A stretch of 64,000 nucleotides of DNA from an uncultured virus (IMG/VR IMGVR_UViG_3300036836_000008) (IMGVR_UViG_3300036836_000008); one strand, 5' to 3'. Shown: positions 27,539-36,569, numbered from the stretch's first letter. Numbers and translations are program-made. Notes: generated by a model not told the origin, from the sequence alone.

Positions 27539-27609
27539 AAAGGTTTTTAACTTGCTGCACCCTCGGTTTCCATTTCCATAAGGAAAGTCTACCGAGCAAA
27601 ACCAAAGCG

Positions 27610-27681
27610 TACCCCCGGCAGGACTCGAACCCGCGCGCCTCCGATTAAAAGTCGGCAGCTCTGCCTCTGAGCTACGAGGGC
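27610..27681 (-). tRNA. tRNA-Lys(TTT)
   Basis: loop CTTTTAA, canonical cloverleaf. Confidence 0.9.
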
Positions 27682-27686
27682 ATGAC

Positions 27687-28016
27687 TTACAATATACTAC
27701 CAAGTACATCTACAGATTGCAAGCGTTGAAAAGTAGTAACATGTGCGTGACAGGACATGCATCTAAGGACACATTTGTCTACTTCAGCCCACAAAACATC
27801 TTTTCTTTTACCTGCAAAAATCTCTCCCATGTTAAAAGATTTTTCTTTAGGATTAACATGATCAAATTCTAATTCTGTAGTTCTCCCACAATCAACGCAC
27901 TTGCTACCAAGATAAACTATGGCTGCATCACGTCTTTGTTTATACCTAAGTTTCATGTAAGCATTCATACGTGCATTGTACTCTTGACGAGTCTCATTTT
28001 TGCGTTGTTTACCCAT
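27687..28016 (-). CDS. HNH endonuclease
   Basis: CVDCG...LEFDH..P..K...E..KC.L.C..CH. Confidence 0.85.
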   Translation of the reverse strand: MGKQRKNETRQEYNARMNAYMKLRYKQRRDAAIVYLGSKCVDCGRTTELEFDHVNPKEKSFNMGEIFAGKRKDVLWAEVDKCVLRCMSCHAHVTTFQRLQSVDVLGSIL

Positions 28017-28079
28017 TTAAACTCCTAGTCGATTTTTAATGTCAAGGTCAGAACCGACTAAGAAACTGACCTTGACAAG

Positions 28080-28151
28080 TGGGTCGCACGGGATTCGAAC
28101 CCGCACCTGGCTCCTTAAGAGGGAGTAATGCCACCGTAACACCTACGACCC
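28080..28151 (-). tRNA. tRNA-Lys(CTT)
   Basis: CTCC-CTCTTAA-GGAG. Confidence 0.85.
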
Positions 28152-28205
28152 TTACCGCAGCATACCTGCAAGCTAGCAGAGGATTTGCACCTCAGTATAC
28201 TGCTG

Positions 28206-28225
28206 AACGATGTTGCAACATCGTT
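28206..28225. repeat. perfect 20-bp palindrome
   Basis: AACGATGTTGCAACATCGTT. Confidence 0.8.
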
Positions 28226-28228
28226 TTG

Positions 28229-28303
28229 TAGGGGTTACTGGATTTGAACCAGTGGCTTCCATTTTGTAAGAATGGCACTCTACCCAGGCTGAGTTAAACC
28301 CCC
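28229..28303 (-). tRNA. tRNA-Val(TAC)
   Basis: CCATT-CTTACAA-AATGG. Confidence 0.9.
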
Positions 28304-28553
28304 ATATTATCTTGTAATGCTTTGAACCAGCCAAACTGAACGGCTGTCCTTCTTGTGTGGCAGTTAGCACATCTTACCACACACTTTGCAATCTCGTCAA
28401 GCATCTTAGGCCAAGAAAACCCACCCTTAACCATGTGAGCAATATTATACTTCTTTTGCTTTTGGTTTCAAGTTTGTTAGAATACATCCAGTACATACGC
28501 ATATCACAGCGCCCACATGGACAAGTAAATTACTGTGTATTCTAAGTTTAGCA

Positions 28554-28655
28554 AGATAAATGAAGGAATTGAACCTTCGAGCGGGCCGTCGCCCTATTCG
28601 CCTTTGACTTGAACCGTTCTCAACAGGAATCGAACCTGATTACTCCCCATTTATC
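28554..28655 (-). ncRNA. double T-arm tRNA-like RNA
   Basis: GATAAAT/ATTTATC acceptor-like stem; CAGG-TTCGATT-CCTG and GAAGG-TTCAATT-CCTTC. Confidence 0.6.
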
Positions 28656-28664
28656 CATCTTACG

Positions 28665-28737
28665 TGGAGCCACGGGGAGTCGAACCCCGTCCTGAAGTTT
28701 GCAAAACTTCCGTGCCAACCCTTAACACCTTGGCCCC
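28665..28737 (-). tRNA. tRNA-Ala(TGC)
   Basis: G3.U70, GAAGT-TTTGCAA-ACTTC. Confidence 0.9.
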
Positions 28738-28988
28738 ATTGAGGTAAGAAGTGTGCTTAGGCGGGCCGACCTTAGGTCATGACTCCCTCGGTGCCGCCAC
28801 CTTCTTACCCTTACTACCTTACATGTTCATCGGACCTTTGTCAAGCTCTCTGGCAAGATTTACCCAACCATTTGCGATCTTAACTCTGACCTCAGCCTTC
28901 TCATCCCTGCCTGTAGCAACTTCTCGCTCAGCAGCTTCAAGATTAAGCTGTGCCTGCTCTAACATCTGCTTCCATGTCTTCATGCTCA

Positions 28989-29648
28989 TCAGTCTAGCAG
29001 CAGGCCGTAAAGATCGCAACCCTTGAGCTTAACGATGACACGATCACCCTTACGGTTGAATAGAGGCATAGATGGAGTACCTACCATACCTTCTGCGTCC
29101 TTGAAATCCTTCGCTATGGCAGAAATCAACTCAGTTGCAGACATCCACTTGATAGCTGCACGTAGAGTACCTTCCCAAACTACAGGTACTACATTGATTC
29201 CAAGAGAATCAGCAATCTCCTCTACCTTATCACGCATAAGCCACCAACCATCGATGTAAATGTCGAATAAAATAAATGACTTATCTGTTCGGTAAAGACC
29301 GCCTCCCTTTTGGATTCCTGCGCCGTAACCCTCACCATACAGAGTTACGGGTGTTGCACCAAAAGTTTGTTCCATAAGCTCTTCAGGAAACATCTCAGTT
29401 AGAGCCTCTAGAAGACCGGGAGGAAATTGTGCCTTATCGGTACGGCCACGGAATTCAGGCTTATGCCCATCCCAGATTACACGGATGTTAGTTCCGTCAA
29501 TCTTTTCAGTAAAGGTCCACACATTATCTGCTAAGTAAGCAAACTCAGGAGTTGACCAATCCCAAGGAATAAGCTTATTCTTATTAGGGCCTGATACGTG
29601 GCGCTTGAACGGGCCGGAGATCTTGTGGTATTCCTTCATTTCGTCCAC
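28989..29648 (-). CDS. RNA ligase (Rnl2-like adenylation domain)
   Basis: TEKIDGTN, LYGE, FILFDI, EGMV, VKLK motifs. Confidence 0.85.
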   Translation of the reverse strand: MDEMKEYHKISGPFKRHVSGPNKNKLIPWDWSTPEFAYLADNVWTFTEKIDGTNIRVIWDGHKPEFRGRTDKAQFPPGLLEALTEMFPEELMEQTFGATPVTLYGEGYGAGIQKGGGLYRTDKSFILFDIYIDGWWLMRDKVEEIADSLGINVVPVVWEGTLRAAIKWMSATELISAIAKDFKDAEGMVGTPSMPLFNRKGDRVIVKLKGCDLYGLLLD

Positions 29649-30013
29649 CCCTTTCTTTGTGATAGTTGCTTATGTCTGTCAATTAGCATTTCACGCAATT
29701 CCATTTTGCGATTGAGACTCTTGCGTATGCGAGCTAAGGCACTCTGACAGTCTTCAATCTCTTTATCTATTCCTGCAATCTCATCTGCTAATTCTTCTGC
29801 ATTAAGATCCAGGTAATCCTCTAACTCGTCCATCGTAGCTACTCTCTGATCAAAAGTCCAGTCCACCTGATGCACTTAGCGTCCAACAACCTAGAACTGC
29901 TAGAATAAGTCCTGCAATAATAGCAACAGGCCAAATAGCAGATAGAACGAAGTGGATAACCAAAGTAGCAATGATCCAGAGAACTACTGTAACAATTAGT
30001 TCAGCCATGTGCC

Positions 30014-30646
30014 TCAGCTTACCTTATCACTGTCGGGGTTGTCAACCTCATACACATCATAGATTCTGAACTTATCATGTATCCTGCTGGTAGTAGGTCC
30101 GGCTTGATTCTGGTAATGGGAGTTTGACCACCTTCCTCCATAAATCAAGGTAGTAGGTTCAGGCAATTTGAAGAAAGCTAGTTGCCCGATCTTCATGCCA
30201 GGGATCAGAATGATAGGCATTGTACCTACATTACTAAGTTCTAATGTGATTTGACCTTCAAAACCAGGATCAATGAACCCAGCCGTAGCATGAATAATCA
30301 GTCCTAGCCTGCCTAAAGAACTCTTGCCTTCGAGCCGAGAAAGGATATTAGAATTAAGAGCGATGGTCTCGTGTGTATGCCCTAACACAAATGCTCCTGG
30401 CCTCAGAATCAGTTCTGATCCTTTAGGTACATGAACATCAGCAAAGTAATCAGAACTATCTTCCCTAGGATCGATAACTACTTCGGCCTGATTGTAATCA
30501 GCATAGTCAGGAGAAAACTGTACCTTAAAATCTGGACCTAAGGTTACATCGTAGCTACAGGGCTGAATCAACTCCGGCCTGTAAGGATGGATAATAATAC
30601 TCTTAAATCCAATTTCCTCTTCAATATTCCTGTTAGATAATAGCAT
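30014..30646 (-). CDS. dcd: dCTP deaminase
   Basis: QPCSYD, EGKSSLGRLGL..H.TAGFIDPGFEG.ITLE. Confidence 0.95.
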   Translation of the reverse strand: MLLSNRNIEEEIGFKSIIIHPYRPELIQPCSYDVTLGPDFKVQFSPDYADYNQAEVVIDPREDSSDYFADVHVPKGSELILRPGAFVLGHTHETIALNSNILSRLEGKSSLGRLGLIIHATAGFIDPGFEGQITLELSNVGTMPIILIPGMKIGQLAFFKLPEPTTLIYGGRWSNSHYQNQAGPTTSRIHDKFRIYDVYEVDNPDSDKVS

Positions 30647-30962
30647 CGTTTTCCCAACGTATTTTGGCATTTCCTTGCTCATCTATTCTAACATCTAGAA
30701 TAGTGTCTACACTAGCCTTGAGCAGATTCAATTCAATCTTCTTGCCTTCGGGCACATATTTTCTCAGCAGTAACCCGAGAATGGCTTCATATATTTTCAG
30801 CTTCTCATCTTTGACATTAAAAAACCTGGATGCTAAGAAATCATCCAGGCTTAATGGCTCGTTATTAATTAGTACCACTCTCGACTTTCATAGAAAAAGA
30901 GGCCGCACCATAACCAGCAGAGAGTCTATGCTCGTCTACCAATTTGGAATTGGCCTCAAAAA

Positions 30963-31313
30963 TTAATACGTATGGTACCTTGCATGTCCTGAGTCTACCA
31001 TACGATCGTTGATCGATGCAACCCTGGTGAAATCTTCTCCCCACACCCAGATGTCTCCAAGGTATCTACCATATTTTTCTTTCTTGTCTTTTATAGTCAG
31101 CAGGTAGACTGCCTTCAAACTGCCGTCAGGGTTAGTCAACAAATCCCTCAGCCATGCTTGAGCTGCTACCCCTTCAGGTGTTCCGCGCTCTGGTGCGTTA
31201 ACTCTGTTGAACCTGATACGCATATCTTGCCATAAATCCGCACCTGCGTCGCGTTTAACATCTATTGTGTCAGCATCGACGATAGCAACTACTTTAGCGT
31301 AATAATCATACAT
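30963..31313 (-). CDS. thermonuclease (SNase-like)
   Basis: VDADTID, IR....APE, KYGRYL. Confidence 0.85.
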   Translation of the reverse strand: MYDYYAKVVAIVDADTIDVKRDAGADLWQDMRIRFNRVNAPERGTPEGVAAQAWLRDLLTNPDGSLKAVYLLTIKDKKEKYGRYLGDIWVWGEDFTRVASINDRMVDSGHARYHTY

Positions 31314-31412
31314 AAGAAAAAACTCCCATCTGCATTGATGAGAGTTTAATCGGTAGAAAATGGGGGCTGAACGCACCACGCGCTACGTACGAATCGAACG
31401 CACAACCCCAAG

Positions 31413-31491
31413 AGCAGATAGGGGGAATCGAACCCCTGACATAAGACGCCTTTTGCAGAGGCGCGGCTGCCACCAGCAACCTTCTATCCGC
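31413..31491 (-). tRNA. tRNA-Cys(GCA) with extended 6-bp D stem
   Basis: CGCCT-CTGCAAA-AGGCG, U73, GGTTGC/GCAGCC. Confidence 0.75.
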
Positions 31492-31613
31492 ACGCGCGGG
31501 AGCAACTTACAGCCTGACGCATGCTCACAAGCCTTAGATGGTCTCCCTAGGATTTGTCGTGACCTGCCCTACAGGTTCAAATTCAGACAAACATTTATGT
31601 CTGAACGCAAAAG

Positions 31614-31760
31614 TCAGTGCCCGTGCTTCTTGCGAAACTCTCTATCGAGATTTTCTACATTCCTATTGTGCTCTTCTCGAAGTTTCTGGTTGTTCATGTC
31701 CTTGCGCGCCTTTGCGCCAGACTTCTTAGCTTTACTGTGCAGTTTATCTAGTTTATCCAT
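31614..31760 (-). CDS. 48-aa basic peptide starting at tRNA-Thr 3' end
   Basis: MDKLDKLHSKAKKSG... Confidence 0.5.
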   Translation of the reverse strand: MDKLDKLHSKAKKSGAKARKDMNNQKLREEHNRNVENLDREFRKKHGH

Positions 31761-31761
31761 G

Positions 31762-31836
31762 AGCCGACAGTGGGATTCGAACCCACGACCTCTTTCTTAC
31801 CAAGAAAGTGCTCTAACCAGGCTGAGCTATGACGGC
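31762..31836 (-). tRNA. tRNA-Thr(GGT)
   Basis: CTTTC-TTGGTAA-GAAAG. Confidence 0.9.
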
Positions 31837-31837
31837 A

Positions 31838-31981
31838 TTATTGTACTTGACCACATTTTAGATGTGTAATTCTCCCGTTAACGGCATACCATCCAGTACT
31901 GCTCTTGCAAGTACTACAATAAGCCTTAACGCCATTCTTCTTAAGAGTTCCCTGAGTAATCACTTCAACAGATTTAGCCAT
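31838..31981 (-). CDS. 47-aa Zn-ribbon-like peptide filling tRNA-Gly/tRNA-Thr spacer
   Basis: MAKSVEV...CSTC...HLKCG; one spacer base on each side. Confidence 0.55.
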   Translation of the reverse strand: MAKSVEVITQGTLKKNGVKAYCSTCKSSTGWYAVNGRITHLKCGQVQ

Positions 31982-31982
31982 G

Positions 31983-32053
31983 AGCGGAAGACGGGAATCG
32001 AACCCGCGACAAATGATTGGAAATCACTTATGTTACCTCTACACCACATCCGC
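31983..32053 (-). tRNA. tRNA-Gly(TCC)
   Basis: AGTGA-TTTCCAA-TCATT, U73. Confidence 0.9.
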
Positions 32054-32056
32054 ATA

Positions 32057-32140
32057 CATAGTCAAGGAGGTGCCCCACGACGGGCCTTCCCTTGTTCAGA
32101 AAGAGCGGTTCGTCGGTGGCTCTTTCCTCTTGCTGCTATG
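32057..32140 (-). ncRNA. two-hairpin RNA with complementary loops
   Basis: GAAAGAGC/GCTCTTTC, loops CGACG/CGTCG, CATAG/CTATG closing. Confidence 0.4.
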
Positions 32141-32149
32141 TCAGCCTTG

Positions 32150-32220
32150 AGCGACATAGGGGAATCGAACCCCTGTATCCTCCATGGCAAGGAGGCGCAC
32201 TACCATTGTGCTAATATCGC
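32150..32220 (-). tRNA. tRNA-Gly(GCC)
   Basis: CCTCC-TTGCCAT-GGAGG. Confidence 0.9.
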
Positions 32221-32278
32221 AAAACCCGGCCCTGCGAGAGAAAGATTAACCGTCGTTAATCTAGCCGGGTGGTGTATG

Positions 32279-32350
32279 CGCCCTCGACGGTATTCGAAAC
32301 CGCCCTAACACCTTGACAGGGTGTTGTGCTAACCACTACACTACGAGAGC
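32279..32350 (-). tRNA. tRNA-Asp(GTC)
   Basis: ACACC-CTGTCAA-GGTGT, G73. Confidence 0.9.
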
Positions 32351-32598
32351 TTGGCCTGCCGATACCCCGTCTAGCTCGGGGATGCACGTGCAGTTCAGGG
32401 TTGGAATCCTTTACTGTCGTTGCTGCTAGCATATCACCTTGCTCGGTAGCACACAAGGTAAAGTTTGACGTTCTCCCTCGCCGTAAACGACTAATGCCTA
32501 GGATATCGGGAGAACAAGTTTGGAGTCGGAATTTCTACAATCAATGGGACATTACGCAGCGCTACGTCTTGTTGCGGTTTCCGACTTACCGTGGCACG

Positions 32599-32673
32599 CA
32601 CCAGTAGAGGGATTCGAACCCCCGACCTCTTCGTTCGTAGCGAAGCGCTCTATCCAGGCTGAGCTATACCGGC
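32599..32673 (-). tRNA. tRNA-Arg(ACG)
   Basis: CTTCG-CTACGAA-CGAAG. Confidence 0.9.
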
Positions 32674-32674
32674 A

Positions 32675-32950
32675 AGGTGAGTATTCCATTATCAAATTCC
32701 CAATTGAGCACAACCCCCTGGACAGGGTTTCCGCTTAGCTTGACGCCAAGCCTTAACTCTATCGTACTCTGTCACTTAACTCCGTCCAGAGGGTATACGC
32801 CCGGATGCTGTAAGCGATTGAGCCATGTGTCGAAGACCGAGCAATCGCTTACAGTTGGCATGTCAGTGAGATCGAGCAACTCCCGTGGAGTCCTCAGCGC
32901 ACCTCGTACCTCACAGAGTCGCCACACTCTGCTTCACTACCTCGCCTGAC
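32675..32950 (-). ncRNA. ~275-nt promoter-initiated structured RNA
   Basis: 13-bp and 10-bp helices, no credible ORF, promoter at 32958-32986. Confidence 0.5.
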
Positions 32951-32957
32951 ATCTACT

Positions 32958-32986
32958 ACTCTACATCATCGGCACTTGGCTGTCAA
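32958..32986 (-). promoter_or_regulatory. sigma70-type promoter heading tRNA/ncRNA cluster
   Basis: TTGACA-N17-TAGAGT. Confidence 0.65.
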
Positions 32987-33187
32987 CCCTCGGGAAGATT
33001 TTCTTCAGGGAAAATCTCATCCATGTCAAAGCCGTTACCTTGAATGTATCCTACAAAAGCATCTGCAAGCTTCACTACATCGTTAAGAGTGAAGTCATCT
33101 TCGAAATCTTCATGTTGAACAATAATATCTGCCCAACGTAGTGAAGCTTGCAAAGCAGCAATACGAATCTCTTGATTAGTAATCAAG

Positions 33188-33637
33188 TCAAGCCTTCCTG
33201 TAAAAATCTGACCACTCAGGAATTCTAGGCTTGAACATTAGAGGCATCTTAGCCTGCTCAGGAGTCCTGTCAGCCTTATTGTTGTTACATGGTGAACACG
33301 CAGCAATAGTGTTCTTCCAGGAATTCTTGCCACCCTGAGATCTAGGCATGATGTGGTCGATGGTTGTGGCCTTTCCACCACAGAATGCACAGATGTACTT
33401 GTCTCGCCTTAGAACACCAGACTTAGACCACTTAGGCTGCCTTTGGTACCTCCATGTGGTAACAACGTACTTAAGCAATCTGACAGAAATAGGACGTATA
33501 AATGTACCTATAAACTCGTCAGCTGCCTCGTGTACCTCAGCAACACCCCTTACAATCATTCTCACCGCATGCTGAACAGAGACGGTATGCAGATGGGTTA
33601 GGTCTGCGTTTAATACCATAACACTTCCTGCCATCAC
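33188..33637 (-). CDS. HNH endonuclease (actinobacterial type)
   Basis: VLNAD, RD...C.FCG..ATTIDH..PRS.GG.N.W.N..AAC..CN. Confidence 0.9.
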   Translation of the reverse strand: MMAGSVMVLNADLTHLHTVSVQHAVRMIVRGVAEVHEAADEFIGTFIRPISVRLLKYVVTTWRYQRQPKWSKSGVLRRDKYICAFCGGKATTIDHIMPRSQGGKNSWKNTIAACSPCNNNKADRTPEQAKMPLMFKPRIPEWSDFYRKA

Positions 33638-33709
33638 CGCTCTCCCTTCTGTCTAATTTGTTGCGGTGTGTTGTGCTAGGCTCAGCTTATCACCAAGCCT
33701 AGCACACTG

Positions 33710-34048
33710 TCAAGACAGTTTTGCAATCTCTTCTAGGCATCGGGTACGATCTCCACCCTGAGGCTTCAAACTGTACGCCCACCTCCTAGACTCTTCTTCG
33801 CCAAGCCAAGACCTGAATGCAAGCATTAGTTCCTGCTTGGTTCCGCGAGTAAGATCAGCCTTAGTAACGCCCTCAAGAGGTCCGTTACAAGAGCAGCCTG
33901 ACTCATCGATCCAGTAGAAATATCCAGTCTCTGCTTCCTTGAAAACAGAAAAGATATCCCACTCGTAATCGTATGCATCAGTCTGCAATACCAGCTCTAG
34001 TCCTGGAAAGTACTGCGGGTCGTCGTAACGCATGAGTCCAATCTCCAT
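33710..34048 (-). CDS. hypothetical phage protein
   Basis: YEWD...YW..ESGCSC..P. Confidence 0.6.
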   Translation of the reverse strand: MEIGLMRYDDPQYFPGLELVLQTDAYDYEWDIFSVFKEAETGYFYWIDESGCSCNGPLEGVTKADLTRGTKQELMLAFRSWLGEEESRRWAYSLKPQGGDRTRCLEEIAKLS

Positions 34049-34279
34049 TCGATATAGGTTGACATCTGTTCATCAGGTGTCTGTAAACCTCTGAATTCCA
34101 ATTCAAAGATAATCGCTGGCACAATTTGTACCCAATAACCTACGACTGAAGTGCAGTAATTCTCAGGCTGTTCGCCGGTAAGTCTTATTCTTTCGTACTC
34201 ATCTGTATCTAGATAAACTAGTGTGTTGCCTTTCATGGTGCATGAGTCTATCAGCAACACACTAGTTTGTCAAGATGTC

Positions 34280-35398
34280 TCAGTGAGCGTGGGCCAGAAG
34301 CCTACCGCAAGGATTATCCTGTGAGCAAACCCCCTGCTCAGCAGCAGCCGGAAGCTCTCCACCGATACGCATTAGACGATCAACGTCAACCGGTGAAAGA
34401 TCAGGTCCGTTAGCTAGCTGGGTAACTGCCTGCATCAGAGAGTACATGGTCAGTTCACGATCGTCAAGCATTCCGCTGATGATCTGTGAACGCTGTCCTG
34501 ATGGAATGCCGTACTCACGAAACACATCGTTTAGAGTCTCACGAGTGTGTCCTTCGATAGATACGCTAGTCATAGCCTGAACGGCATCTAGAGATTCTTC
34601 AAGACCACCTAGAACCTCATCTACAGCATCTCGTGCCCACTCGAATACAGCCTCATCGTCACGACCAGCAGCACCACGGCGAGACCATGTGCTGTTAGCG
34701 TTGGTGCGAGTATCGATAGCTCCGTTAGTACACCAGTAACGGAACAGGTATCCGTTGATCTCAGTCTGCTCAGCTCCGGTTAGAGAATTGATAAGCTGAA
34801 GACCTGTTGACCATGTGTCATTATCGGTCCCGGTATTCTCGATTACACGAACATACTCAGGAACAATTAGACGTAGATGAGTCTGTTGTAGGTTGTGGGT
34901 GAACTTGTAATCAGCAAATACCTCTCCCTTACCGTACTTCTGCTCGATAGCGTCAAGCATAAGATCTAGAAAACGTAGGTTAGAATATGGATGAACGGCT
35001 GCGCGAGCGATAGCCGCAACCTTGTCACCACGAATACCTAGACCCTTAAGTTCCCTATCTGAAGTAAGGCCCTCACGGTAATAAGTGTTCAGTAGCTCTC
35101 CAGCTAGATGAGCTGGGGCCTTATCTAGGAAGCCCTTAGATACCTTAGTCTGCTTTAGAGCATCGTAAAGTCCTGCCTTAGTTAGCTGAAGCTCACGACC
35201 GCCTACAGAGATATAAGCGTTTACAGTGTCGTTAGAATCTAGAGCCTTAAGGCCATGGTTGTAGTCGTCTTCGAGGCGGAATGAAATACTGTCAGCGTCG
35301 AAATCGTGAACTACCAGAGGCTCGGTATAAGATAGAGTCTCGCGTACATCATCAAGGCTGATTAGCTTGTCCTTGACATCGTTGATTGAATAACTCAA
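34280..35398 (-). CDS. DUF932-like protein
   Basis: G....NS.TG......YLFR..CTNG motif. Confidence 0.65.
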   Translation of the reverse strand: MSYSINDVKDKLISLDDVRETLSYTEPLVVHDFDADSISFRLEDDYNHGLKALDSNDTVNAYISVGGRELQLTKAGLYDALKQTKVSKGFLDKAPAHLAGELLNTYYREGLTSDRELKGLGIRGDKVAAIARAAVHPYSNLRFLDLMLDAIEQKYGKGEVFADYKFTHNLQQTHLRLIVPEYVRVIENTGTDNDTWSTGLQLINSLTGAEQTEINGYLFRYWCTNGAIDTRTNANSTWSRRGAAGRDDEAVFEWARDAVDEVLGGLEESLDAVQAMTSVSIEGHTRETLNDVFREYGIPSGQRSQIISGMLDDRELTMYSLMQAVTQLANGPDLSPVDVDRLMRIGGELPAAAEQGVCSQDNPCGRLLAHAH

Positions 35399-35409
35399 AG
35401 CAACCCCTT

Positions 35410-35460
35410 AAAAAGAGAAATGGGAGTGTGGGACGTTGATCGCCCTTACACTCCCATTCT
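35410..35460 (-). terminator. terminator hairpin overlapping a promoter start
   Basis: AATGGGAGTGT/ACACTCCCATT followed by T-rich tract. Confidence 0.5.
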
Positions 35461-35471
35461 AGCAGAATCAA

Positions 35472-36569
35472 CTACCCTGCGTCAACCTCTGCGTCTGCTG
35501 ACTTTCTCTTCTTACTCTCTCGATCCTGATCTAGGATCTTGACAGCAGCATCAATCATCTGCCTACGCCATACAGGATCTTCTTTAGCCTTTTCATAAAA
35601 CTTAGAAGAACCATTAAATGATCCGCCTCCTAGAGCATCATCGATTTTGATCCAGGCTCCAGAAGATACGATTAGTCCATTGAATTCAAGAATCTTTCGA
35701 GCTGACCAGAAGTTGTCGAATCCAATACCGTAACGCACAAGTGCCTTACCTTCACGCATTGGAATTCCAACCTTATTCTTGGTGCAGACCATCTTGACTT
35801 CGGTAGCTACAGCAACCTCAACCTCTTCACCATAAACGTTAGTAACCTTACCCTTTTCCTTGGTGGTTCCGATGAACTCCACCATAGCAGAAGAGTAGTA
35901 AGTCAACTTCTCGCCACCAGGACGTGTCTTCTGAGGCGGCCCGAAGCCAGGCATACCTCCGATGGCATTATGAATATGATTGATAAAAATAGCTGCTGCA
36001 TTAGTCCTGTTAAGGATTGGATTCAACATGCCTAAGAATGGAGACATAAGACGAGCTAGTGGAGCTACGGCTGCCTTACCTACTTCATCATCGAACACTG
36101 CTGATGGAATAGCTGCTGCTACAGAATCCCATACCGTAAGAGGAACCTTACCGGATTCGATAAGCTCCTTAGCCAGGTTGGCACCTGTCTCAAAATCCTC
36201 AGGACGTAGCATCAAAAATGAGTCATCATTGATGTCAAGTCCTAGGCTCATAGCATAAGTCTCATCTAGTGCACATTCGTAATCCATGTAAAGAATTACT
36301 TCATCACTACCTGTACGCTGAATCCTTTGCTGCTCTAGCGCTGCTGTCTGAAGTGCAGCAGTAGTCTTACCTGACTGAGACTTGCCGTAGAATTGAGTAA
36401 TACGACCTCGTGCAACCCCGCCACCTAAAATGTCGTTTAGTGCGATGTTGCCGGTGTCCATGAAGTCTACATCAGCAGTAAATCCTACAGAAAACTTGTC
36501 AGCGTACTTTTTATTAGCTGCGGCTAGGATGCTTGCAATATCTGATTTTGCTCTTTCCTTTGGTGGCAT
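35472..36569 (-). CDS. recA: RecA/UvsX-like recombinase
   Basis: GKSQSGKTT, DYECALD, DSVAA, ARLMS, PGG..L.YYSS, KNKV. Confidence 0.9.
   Translation of the reverse strand: MPPKERAKSDIASILAAANKKYADKFSVGFTADVDFMDTGNIALNDILGGGVARGRITQFYGKSQSGKTTAALQTAALEQQRIQRTGSDEVILYMDYECALDETYAMSLGLDINDDSFLMLRPEDFETGANLAKELIESGKVPLTVWDSVAAAIPSAVFDDEVGKAAVAPLARLMSPFLGMLNPILNRTNAAAIFINHIHNAIGGMPGFGPPQKTRPGGEKLTYYSSAMVEFIGTTKEKGKVTNVYGEEVEVAVATEVKMVCTKNKVGIPMREGKALVRYGIGFDNFWSARKILEFNGLIVSSGAWIKIDDALGGGSFNGSSKFYEKAKEDPVWRRQMIDAAVKILDQDRESKKRKSADAEVDAG

Noticed and set aside
27291..27709. Minus-strand ORFs spanning tRNAs (also 6271-6477, 22424-22621, 28173-28370, 32256-32456)
   Set aside because: They overlap clear tRNA or structured RNA genes and have no RBS; spurious
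32675..32950. RNase P RNA or tmRNA identity
   Set aside because: Lacks the GAGGAAAGUCC / ACAGAA..GCUUA P4 motifs and lacks tRNA-like ends
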